12,602 nucleotides of DNA from a candidate division WOR-3 bacterium. GTDB taxonomy: Bacteria; Hydrothermota; Tepidihabitantia; SM23-42; CAYGYG01. A program made the translations under genes and the position numbers. Every line of letters begins with the position of its first letter. Within the stretch, counting starts at the first letter, position 1. A model generated the notes under the pieces. That model saw only the letters and a list, made by a program, of their open reading frames with translations, was not told where the DNA came from and did no database searches. The stretch lies in NCBI GenBank assembly GCA_965648915.1, contig CBFGIV010000058.1:1-12602 (forward strand), in the 5' to 3' direction. Of this stretch, positions 1 to 7,289 are shown piece after piece.

Positions 1-7
1 TTATGTT

Positions 8-36
8 ATTATAACATAGTAGCAGGGCGTTGTCTA
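8..36 (-). promoter_or_regulatory. Putative sigma70-type promoter firing leftwards out of the window (TAGACA-17-TATAAT)
   Basis: Reverse complement of 31-36 is TAGACA and of 8-13 is TATAAT, with a 17-nt spacer. The -10 lies inside a perfect palindrome TATGTTAT-T-ATAACATA (2-18). Confidence 0.6.
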
Positions 37-142
37 CCCTTTTTTATTACATTGCTTAAAAAATCAATTCTAATGACCCCGACCTCTAAAAATAGGAAAA
101 TTTGAAAAAGTATTCGGCAGGGCTGGTCGAGGTTGTTAGATA

Positions 143-170
143 TTGACTTCTACTCTTTTTTGTGTAAAAT
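143..170 (+). promoter_or_regulatory. Putative sigma70-type promoter of the hsp20-lon operon (TTGACT-16-TAAAAT)
   Basis: TTGACT 143-148 and TAAAAT 165-170, directly upstream of the ATG at 179. Confidence 0.6.
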
Positions 171-178
171 TGAATGTA

Positions 179-613
179 ATGAAGAGTTATAAAAATCGTC
201 TTGGTCGTATCGTAAAGATCATTGATGAACTTGATAATTTTTCTGATCTTACCAGTTCTTCCCTGAAATTATATCATAGTTCCTGGCATCCGCTCTACGA
301 CCTATTTATAACCGAGAAGAATCTGGTGATTGTTATTGAATTACCCGGGGTTGAAAAAGACGATTTTATTCTTACCGTTTCACCGCGTGGCCTCCTGATC
401 CGGGGCCGCCGGCACGCCGCCAAGGCAATCAAGCAGGGGAAAATTTTTTATAATCTTGAAATACCCTATGGTAATTTCGAACGTCGCATTCCGTTCCCCA
501 TTGATGTTCAGACCCAGGCGATTGAGGTAGATTTAAGTTCAGGCCTCCTTACCATTACCCTGCCCCTTAAGGCCCATCAGGTGGAGAGAGTTATCCCGAT
601 CGAAGAAGGATAG
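179..613 (+). CDS. Small heat shock protein, Hsp20/alpha-crystallin family
   Basis: Alpha-crystallin motifs WHPLYDLF..E, IELPGVEK, EIPYGNFERRI.FP, GLLTITLP. ATG at 179 is preferred over the TTG at 143, which coincides with the -35 box. Confidence 0.92.
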   Translation: MKSYKNRLGRIVKIIDELDNFSDLTSSSLKLYHSSWHPLYDLFITEKNLVIVIELPGVEKDDFILTVSPRGLLIRGRRHAAKAIKQGKIFYNLEIPYGNFERRIPFPIDVQTQAIEVDLSSGLLTITLPLKAHQVERVIPIEEG

Positions 614-616
614 AAG

Positions 617-2959
617 ATGGAAAATTCTGAAGAGATCACAATACCAGAAGTCTTGGGCATAATACCGATAAAAGGTGGTGTCATATTTCCACAACACTTT
701 ACACCGTTAATTATCCATACTAAAAAATTGACCCGACTCATTGATGATGCCCTGGCTCAGAACAAAATTATTGGAGCGGTCACCCAGAAAAATCCTGACA
801 TCGAAGAACCAAAACCCGAAGAGATTTACAGTGTTGGCTGTGTAATTCAGATATCCAAGATGTTAAGATTTCCCGATGGTTCGATTCGATTATTAACTCA
901 GGGACTCAAGCGATTCAAAATTAAAGAGTTTGTTCAATTTGAACCTTATTTAAAAGCCCGGGTGACACTGATCGAAGACGAGTATAATAAAAAATCGATG
1001 GCGGTTGAGGCCCTGATGCGCAATATCGTCTCAATGTTTCAGCAACTTGTTACCCTGGCAAATTACCTGCCCGAAGAACTTTCAGCGGTGATTATGAATA
1101 TCGATGATCCGGGCCGACTGGCCGATTTTGTCGGTAACTATATAAATTTTGAATTCCCGGATAAACAGATCCTGCTTGAGACATTTGACCCAAAAGAACG
1201 ACTGGCCAAACTCGTTCCGATGCTCCAGAAAGAACTGAGTATTCTCGAATTAGGGGCAAAGATCCGCTCTCAGGTAAAATCAGAACTGGATAAGGGACAG
1301 CGTGAATTCTATCTCCGGGAACAGTTAAAGGCGATTCAGAAAGAACTGGGTGAGATCGATGAAAGGACCCAGGAGATTAACGACTTAAAAGAGAAGATAC
1401 TCAAAGCCAAAATGCCCTCCGAAGTTGAGTCCGTCGCCCTCAAGGAACTCGACCGCCTCTCCAAGATGCCGCCCCAGGCAGCAGAATATACGGTTTCCCG
1501 AACCTATCTCGATTGGTTAATCATACTCCCCTGGTCAGTCAGTACGACCGATAATATGGATATTAAGAGAGCCAAACATATCCTGGATGAGGATCACTAT
1601 AACCTCGAGAAGGTTAAAGAGCGGATCCTCGAATATCTATCGGTCAAGAAACTAAAAAAGGATTCCAAAGGGCCGATCCTCTGCTTTGTCGGCCCACCCG
1701 GGGTGGGCAAGACTTCGCTGGGACGTTCGATCGCCCGCGCCCTGGGAAGAAAATTTGTTCGCATCTCCTTGGGCGGTGTCCGGGATGAGGCTGAGATTCG
1801 TGGTCACCGTCGGACCTATGTTGGCGCCCTGCCCGGTCGAATTATCCAGGGAATCAAGAATGCCGGCACCATCAATCCGGTATTTATGATTGATGAGATT
1901 GATAAGGTCGGTGTCGATTTTCGGGGTGATCCATCTTCGGCCCTGCTCGAGGTCCTTGACCCGGAACAGAATAATGCCTTCTCCGATCATTATCTTGAAG
2001 TTCCATTCGATCTCTCGCGAGTAATGTTTATTACCACTGCCAATCTTGTTGATCCAATTATTCCCGCCCTCCGCGATCGAATGGAGATAATTGAATTGCC
2101 CGGGTATATCGAAGAAGAGAAGGTGGAGATTGCCAAACACTTTCTGATCCCGAGACAGATATCAGAAAATGGCCTGAAACCGGGCGATATCAAATTTACC
2201 GATAATGCAATCCATTTAATTATCCGTGAATATACTAAAGAAGCCGGGGTCCGAAATTTAGAACGGGAAATTGGTTCGATCTCCCGAAAAATTGCCAAGC
2301 AATTCGCCCAGGGAAACCGCCGGCGTGTAACCATAAAAGAAGAAAACTTATCAAGCTATCTTGGTCCACCCCGGTATTTTTCTGAGATTGCCGCCCGGAA
2401 AGGGCAGATCGGTGTTGCCACCGGCGTGGCCGTTACTCCCACCGGGGGGGAGATAATATTTATCGAATCATTAAAGATGAAAGGGCAGAAAGGTCTGACC
2501 CTGACCGGTTCTCTGGGTGATATTATGAAAGAATCCTGTCAGGCAGCACTCTCTTACATCAGAGCCAAGGCCGATGAATTTCAGATAACGGAGAATTTTT
2601 TCAATGAATATGATATCCATATCCATGTCCCGCAGGGTGCAATCCCCAAGGATGGTCCATCTGCCGGTGTGCCCATCGTCCTTTCCCTTATATCACGCCT
2701 GCGCAATGAATCGATCAATCCGAATATTGCATCGACCGGCGAGATCACTCTGACCGGGCGTGTCCTGCCCGTGGGTGGAATTAGAGAGAAGATTATTGCG
2801 GCCAAAAGAGCGGGTATTAAAAAAGTAATCTTACCGATCGATAATAAGAAAGACATCAAAGATATTCCCGGAAATGTTAAGGCCGGCCTCTCCTTCGAAT
2901 TCATCAGCAAGATCGACGACGCCTATCATATTATCTTCAATAAGAAGAGAAAATGTTAA
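617..2959 (+). CDS. lon: ATP-dependent Lon protease (endopeptidase La, LonA type)
   Basis: N-terminal LON domain, QREFYLREQLKAIQKELG, Walker A GPPGVGKT, Walker B IDEIDK, GHRRTYVGALPG, catalytic Ser in PKDGPSAG and Lys in GGIREK. Confidence 0.98.
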   Translation: MENSEEITIPEVLGIIPIKGGVIFPQHFTPLIIHTKKLTRLIDDALAQNKIIGAVTQKNPDIEEPKPEEIYSVGCVIQISKMLRFPDGSIRLLTQGLKRFKIKEFVQFEPYLKARVTLIEDEYNKKSMAVEALMRNIVSMFQQLVTLANYLPEELSAVIMNIDDPGRLADFVGNYINFEFPDKQILLETFDPKERLAKLVPMLQKELSILELGAKIRSQVKSELDKGQREFYLREQLKAIQKELGEIDERTQEINDLKEKILKAKMPSEVESVALKELDRLSKMPPQAAEYTVSRTYLDWLIILPWSVSTTDNMDIKRAKHILDEDHYNLEKVKERILEYLSVKKLKKDSKGPILCFVGPPGVGKTSLGRSIARALGRKFVRISLGGVRDEAEIRGHRRTYVGALPGRIIQGIKNAGTINPVFMIDEIDKVGVDFRGDPSSALLEVLDPEQNNAFSDHYLEVPFDLSRVMFITTANLVDPIIPALRDRMEIIELPGYIEEEKVEIAKHFLIPRQISENGLKPGDIKFTDNAIHLIIREYTKEAGVRNLEREIGSISRKIAKQFAQGNRRRVTIKEENLSSYLGPPRYFSEIAARKGQIGVATGVAVTPTGGEIIFIESLKMKGQKGLTLTGSLGDIMKESCQAALSYIRAKADEFQITENFFNEYDIHIHVPQGAIPKDGPSAGVPIVLSLISRLRNESINPNIASTGEITLTGRVLPVGGIREKIIAAKRAGIKKVILPIDNKKDIKDIPGNVKAGLSFEFISKIDDAYHIIFNKKRKC

Positions 2960-4059
2960 TACTTTCCCTCATTACCTTTTGCCTGATCAGCGATTCAATA
3001 AGTTATCAATACCGTCAAACCCTTATCTCCGATTCAGTCCGGGAAATTTCTTTCTTCGTAAAAATTCCAACCCATCGGTTGCAGGCTACTTTAGTTTCAG
3101 ACAGCAACCTCTATAAATACGAAGTGCGGATCATCGTCTATGACAGAAAAAAAAGACAGATAGGTGGTGATTTCTGGATCAATGAGAAAATTGTCGACTC
3201 CGAATCACCCCCTCCATTCTTTCTCGATACCTTCAAAATTGTAGCACCCACCGGACCGGTCAAAATTCGGCTTCTGCTCAAGGATTCTTTTAGTGAAAAA
3301 TACTTTCAGATCTGGGAAGACCTCGAACCTTTATTTTTTATCGTCTCTTTTCTTATCCATCCCGCTAAGTTGATTGAGCAGGACAGTGTTTCTTTAAGAC
3401 TTGATTTAGCCAATATCGCCGGTAAAGAGCTCGATTCACTGGTTATAACATTACAGAATCGACCCGAGATCAATGCGCGGCGGAATATCCCTAAGGATAA
3501 AGCAGTTTACTCGGATACCGTAGAGTTTGATCTGACTGCTATCCCTTCAGGGGATTATCAGTTTGAACTCCTGGTTTATAAAAAAAATAATGTAGTTGAA
3601 AACCGAAAAATCCCTTTTACCCTGCGCCGATCTTTTTTTCGGGAAGATCGACTCTATTTCGAAAAAGTCCGCCAACTACGTTATATCGCCACAGATAAAG
3701 AGATGAAAGAATTGAAGAACCTACCCCAATCAGAAAGGGAAAAGGGCTGGAAGGAATTCTGGAAGAAGAAAGACGAAAATCCCAGTACTGATGTCAATGA
3801 AACGATGGAGACTTATTTCGAGCGAATTGCCTATGCACAGGAAAATTTCGGCCACGGCGATCGGGGATGGGAAAGCGATCGAGGTATGATATATGTAAAA
3901 TTTGGGCCACCGGATGAGATTGAACGCCATGCCTTCGAGCCCGGCAGCGAGGACTATGAAATCTGGTATTATTATAAGATTAATCGAAAATTCCTGTTTA
4001 TTGATCTCTTTGGTCAGGGAATATTCGTTTTGACCACCAGACAGGGGACGCGAATATGA
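2953..4059 (+). CDS. GWxTD domain-containing protein 1 (probably exported, function unknown)
   Basis: C-terminal LRYIAT...FWKKKD...YFERIAYAQENF...GWESDRGMIYVKFGPPD...EIWYY matches the GWxTD domain pattern. Hydrophobic N-terminus; beta-rich middle (PSGDYQFELLV). Overlaps the lon end by 7 nt. Confidence 0.85.
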   Translation: MLILSLITFCLISDSISYQYRQTLISDSVREISFFVKIPTHRLQATLVSDSNLYKYEVRIIVYDRKKRQIGGDFWINEKIVDSESPPPFFLDTFKIVAPTGPVKIRLLLKDSFSEKYFQIWEDLEPLFFIVSFLIHPAKLIEQDSVSLRLDLANIAGKELDSLVITLQNRPEINARRNIPKDKAVYSDTVEFDLTAIPSGDYQFELLVYKKNNVVENRKIPFTLRRSFFREDRLYFEKVRQLRYIATDKEMKELKNLPQSEREKGWKEFWKKKDENPSTDVNETMETYFERIAYAQENFGHGDRGWESDRGMIYVKFGPPDEIERHAFEPGSEDYEIWYYYKINRKFLFIDLFGQGIFVLTTRQGTRI

Positions 4060-5321
4060 TTCTTCTGGTCCTATTTATTAACAATATTATCTCTACCGGG
4101 GATATAAAATTTCATATCGACCACACGATTTTCCGGTCCGAGAGTACAAATGTCACGGCGGTTGAATTTTATTATGCCATCCCATTTGAAGAATTGATCT
4201 ACAAAGTACAGGCCGAAACAATTTTTTCTCAGTATCAGACTACCCTTAAAATCCGTAACTTAAACCTGCCCGATTCGCTCTCAGAAATCAAAGAAAATCG
4301 ATTTATCATTCCCTCCTTCAGGTATGCCCGCGCCCACAACCTGCGGGTCCTTGATCGCCTGACCTATTTCTTAAAACCAGGAGAATATGAGTATGAATTT
4401 ACGATCCAGTGCTCAACAAAAATTGGATCGACCAGTGACCGATTTACCGTCGGAGATGATAGTCTAAAATTTAAGATCTCGAGTCTGCTCCTTGCCCACA
4501 ATATTATCCCGGATACAACCCCAAACCTTTTTAACAAGAATAACTTTTTGATAATTCCCAATCCTGAATGTCGCTACCAGGCACCGGGAAAGACGCTATT
4601 TGGCTATATCGAAATCTACGGCGACTCTGTTGGTGGAGATTATCTGATAAATTACCGGGTAGTTAATCTTAAAGGAGAAACGGTAAAGATGATGGAATAT
4701 CGAGAGGCAAGAATTTCGAAAAGTCAGACCCATATCTGGCGTATGAATATCGGGAACCTTGAACCCGGTGATTACATCCTCACAGTCGATATAAAAGATT
4801 TAATGAGCGGTCAGGTAGCACAGACCAGTAAAAGATTCTCGGTAGTGAAGGAAAAAATAACCCCATACCGACCGGTTGAAGTTGTAAGGGGCAAATACTA
4901 TCGTGCGATAAAGTATCTGGTGAGCGAAAAAGAATATAAGAAGTTCTTATCATATTCTGCCGAGGGGCAGGAGGCATATCTCAGTAACTTCTGGAAGCAG
5001 AATAATTATGAAGAATTTGAGAGTCGGATTGAGTATGCAAATGAATTCTTCAGTATCGGACCGAAGAAAGGTATGGATACAGACCGGGGCAGGATTTATA
5101 TAAAATATGGCCCACCCGACGAGAAAATCTCCCACACTTTTGAGACCGGTTATCGCCCGAATGAGCACTGGATTTACTATAATACCGGTTATCATTTTAT
5201 CTTTGTTGATATAAAACAGAACTCAGATTATGAATTAATCTACTCCAGCACCAATAAAGAGCGCACCGACCCCAACTGGGAGAGATATATCAATCCCGAC
5301 GAACTCAAATCCTTAGAATAA
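4056..5321 (+). CDS. GWxTD domain-containing protein 2 (probably exported, function unknown)
   Basis: FW...FESRIEYANEFF...GMDTDRGRIYIKYGPPD...EHWIY. Two Ig-like segments (LKPGEYEYEFTI, LEPGDYILTVDI). ATGA overlap with the upstream gene. Confidence 0.85.
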   Translation: MILLVLFINNIISTGDIKFHIDHTIFRSESTNVTAVEFYYAIPFEELIYKVQAETIFSQYQTTLKIRNLNLPDSLSEIKENRFIIPSFRYARAHNLRVLDRLTYFLKPGEYEYEFTIQCSTKIGSTSDRFTVGDDSLKFKISSLLLAHNIIPDTTPNLFNKNNFLIIPNPECRYQAPGKTLFGYIEIYGDSVGGDYLINYRVVNLKGETVKMMEYREARISKSQTHIWRMNIGNLEPGDYILTVDIKDLMSGQVAQTSKRFSVVKEKITPYRPVEVVRGKYYRAIKYLVSEKEYKKFLSYSAEGQEAYLSNFWKQNNYEEFESRIEYANEFFSIGPKKGMDTDRGRIYIKYGPPDEKISHTFETGYRPNEHWIYYNTGYHFIFVDIKQNSDYELIYSSTNKERTDPNWERYINPDELKSLE

Positions 5322-5338
5322 CCGGCCCTCTGAATATA

Positions 5339-6085
5339 TTAGAACTTATCCGAAATTATTGAATTGCGGTAGGATAGTATCTTCTTATGGTCGGTGAGAT
5401 CGAGGTTTAAGGGGGTTATTGAAACAAACCCATCAGCGACCGCTTTGAAATCAGTCCCTTGATATGTTTCAAAAGAGAGTGTCCCGTCGATAATACAATA
5501 GACCATCCCATCCGGACCGCTCTTCTTAATCACCTCATCCTGATAAATTCGTTTGCCAAGGCGGGTGATCAACGCTTTCTCCACCTTCCCCTCCGGGATA
5601 TTGATATTCAAAATTTCTCCTCTGGACAATCGGGTGAGGTGATTTTTCAAAAATCGCTCTACCCATTTCGCGGCTTCGGTAAAATTCTTTAACTCTTCTC
5701 CGACCAGAGATATTGCTAATGATGGGATACTGAGCAGCGCCCCCTGGATTGCGGCGGCAACAGTCCCCGAGTAAAAGACATCATCCCCCATATTCGGACC
5801 ATGGTTTATACCCGAAATCAAAAGGTCCGGCTTGGTCTTGAGGAGATGATGGTGGCTTAAAAGAACACAATCGGTCGGTGTCCCCTGCACGGCATAGAAA
5901 TTATTCTTTATCTTCTTGACCCGAATCGGCTTGCGCAGGGTAAGGGAGTGACTGCACCCACTCTGTTCAGTAAATGGGGCACAGACAAATACTCTGTAGG
6001 TGCACTTCAGAAGACGATAAAGGGTCAAGAGGCCCCGGGCCCGGTAACCATCATCATTGGTGAGGAGGATTGTAGCCATTATCAT
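5339..6085 (-). CDS. surE: 5'/3'-nucleotidase SurE
   Basis: ILLTNDDG, EQSGCSHSLTL, GTPTDCV, SGINHGPNMGDDVFYSGTVAAA, VSITPL motifs. ATGA overlap with the upstream GT2 gene (alternative start 6079). Confidence 0.97.
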   Translation of the reverse strand: MIMATILLTNDDGYRARGLLTLYRLLKCTYRVFVCAPFTEQSGCSHSLTLRKPIRVKKIKNNFYAVQGTPTDCVLLSHHHLLKTKPDLLISGINHGPNMGDDVFYSGTVAAAIQGALLSIPSLAISLVGEELKNFTEAAKWVERFLKNHLTRLSRGEILNINIPEGKVEKALITRLGKRIYQDEVIKKSGPDGMVYCIIDGTLSFETYQGTDFKAVADGFVSITPLNLDLTDHKKILSYRNSIISDKF

Positions 6086-6783
6086 CTCCAGAGTTGTTTA
6101 ATCGCCATTATTGTAAAACGGATAGTATCGATGATCGGATTGATATAACTTTTTCCGCCTGTATAAATAGTTGTAATTGGAACCGACTCAATGCTAAAAC
6201 CCAACCGGCCGGCACAAATAATCAGTTCTGATTCTGCCTCGTAATGGGTTGTCTTGGGTTTAACCTTCTTGAGCATACTTGTCCTGAGGAGACGGAATCC
6301 ACACTGGCTATCAGGGATCTGCTGGCCTATCAAAAGCGATACGACCAGAGAGGTTATCCGATTGGTTATCAGGCGAATAAATGGCATACCCCTGGTATTG
6401 ACCAGACGATTCCCCAGCAGAAGATCCGGCCCATCAGTCTTGAAGGATTTCAGAAAATTATATATTTCATAACTGAGGTGTTGCTTGTCAGCATCAATCG
6501 TTATTACACCATCAAAACCGACCGTAATTGCATATTCAAAACCGGTATTGAGGGCTGCACCTTTACCCAGATTTCTCTTATGTTGGAGAACTGTGGCGCC
6601 GAGCCCTTTAGCAACATCATAAGTCCGATCAGTCGAACCGTCATCAACAACAATAATATTTTCTTTGGTAAAGCCAATTTCGTAGAGCGAAGTAATTACC
6701 GCGGCGATCTCTTTCTCCGCCTGATAGGCTGGAATAATTACACCGATGCGGTTAATATTAAAAGTCACTCTATTGTTTATCAT
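6082..6783 (-). CDS. Glycosyltransferase family 2, DPM1-like/polyprenol-phosphate glycosyltransferase type
   Basis: IIPAY, VVDDGSTDRT, NLGKGAAL, DXD motif in IDADKQH, PDSQCGFR. Start uncertain (ATG 6783 versus TTG 6801). Confidence 0.9.
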   Translation of the reverse strand: MINNRVTFNINRIGVIIPAYQAEKEIAAVITSLYEIGFTKENIIVVDDGSTDRTYDVAKGLGATVLQHKRNLGKGAALNTGFEYAITVGFDGVITIDADKQHLSYEIYNFLKSFKTDGPDLLLGNRLVNTRGMPFIRLITNRITSLVVSLLIGQQIPDSQCGFRLLRTSMLKKVKPKTTHYEAESELIICAGRLGFSIESVPITTIYTGGKSYINPIIDTIRFTIMAIKQLWR

Positions 6784-6808
6784 CCGTAAATTCACACTCA
6801 AAAGTAAA

Positions 6809-6883
6809 TCGGGGCGATCCGATTTGAACGGACGACCCCCAGCACCCCAAGCTGGTGCGCTAAACCAACTGCGCCACGCCCCG
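6809..6883 (-). tRNA. tRNA-Pro (anticodon GGG), 3' CCA not encoded
   Basis: Minus strand reads CGGGGCG TG GCGC AGTTGGTTTA GCGC A CCAGC TTGGGGT GCTGG GGGTC GTCCG TTCAAAT CGGAT CGCCCCG A. Full cloverleaf with C1:G72 and A73 as in bacterial tRNA-Pro; followed by TTT. Confidence 0.97.
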
Positions 6884-6890
6884 ATGTGAA

Positions 6891-6919
6891 ATTATAATAG
6901 ATAAAAGAGATAGTGTCAA
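6891..6919 (-). promoter_or_regulatory. Perfect consensus sigma70 promoter for tRNA-Pro (TTGACA-17-TATAAT)
   Basis: Reverse complement of 6914-6919 is TTGACA and of 6891-6896 is TATAAT, with a 17-nt spacer. Confidence 0.88.
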
Positions 6920-7027
6920 TAATTTTTAGTCCTTGGTTTGGACCTCTTCTTCTTTTGCTTTCTTAGAAATTTTAAGGTATTCAGAATAAGATATAAGTAA
7001 AATGCTTAAAAATAAGTAGTTTTACCT

Positions 7028-7055
7028 TTGACAGAATTTTATAGTTGAGTAAAAT
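7028..7055 (+). promoter_or_regulatory. Putative sigma70 promoter (TTGACA-16-TAAAAT) with no long ORF directly downstream
   Basis: TTGACA 7028-7033, TAAAAT 7050-7055. Confidence 0.5.
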
Positions 7056-7086
7056 TGGGCATCCGTCGGGAGAATAATCTAATTTT

Positions 7087-7122
7087 TTGTCATTGTGAGC
7101 CTGCCCGGGGCAGGCAAGACAA
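7087..7122. repeat. GC-rich REP-like palindrome
   Basis: GCCTGCCC-G-GGGCAGGC (7099-7115) enclosed by TTGTC (7087-7091) and GACAA (7118-7122). Confidence 0.55.
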
Positions 7123-7137
7123 TATTATTTTTTGACC

Positions 7138-7166
7138 GGTGCGGATAATAATATATTATGTGTTTT
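7138..7166 (+). other. dif/Xer-like recombination site candidate
   Basis: GGTGCGGATAA-TAATATA-TTATGTGTTTT versus E. coli dif GGTGCGCATAA-TGTATA-TTATGTTAAAT: 10/11 in the XerC arm, 7/11 in the XerD arm, 7-bp rather than 6-bp centre. Confidence 0.35.
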
Positions 7167-7208
7167 TGTGATTGGTAAGTCTTAATTGGAGGAAGATTGG
7201 GCAAAAAT

Positions 7209-7233
7209 GCAGGGACAGGGTTTGTCCCTGTCC
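7209..7233 (+). repeat. REP-like hairpin with GTAG-like foot
   Basis: GCAG followed by GGACAGGG-TTTGT-CCCTGTCC (8-bp perfect stem). Confidence 0.5.
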
Positions 7234-7289
7234 TTAAAAAGGTTAAATTTTTGCTGAGAGACCTCTCTCTCTCTCGAGAGCGAATACCG

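Noticed and set aside
143..178. TTG-start N-terminal extension of Hsp20 in the ORF track
   Set aside because: It coincides with the -35/-10 boxes and lacks an SD; ATG 179 gives a normal-sized Hsp20.
37..178. CIRCE or sigma32 heat-shock control elements upstream of hsp20-lon
   Set aside because: No TTAGCACTC-N9-GAGTGCTAA and no CCCCAT-type -10 found.
1652..3116. Alternative-frame and antisense ORFs within lon
   Set aside because: Fully or mostly overlap a highly conserved gene and show no recognisable motifs.
3730..6789. Short shadow ORFs over the GWxTD, surE and GT2 genes, including the 181-aa ORF 6244-6789
   Set aside because: Antisense shadows of well-supported genes, with no motifs or RBS.
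6809..6883. tRNA-Pro as the integration site for the secreted-protein block
   Set aside because: The block lies on the tRNA 5' side, and no duplicated tRNA 3' end or integrase is visible.
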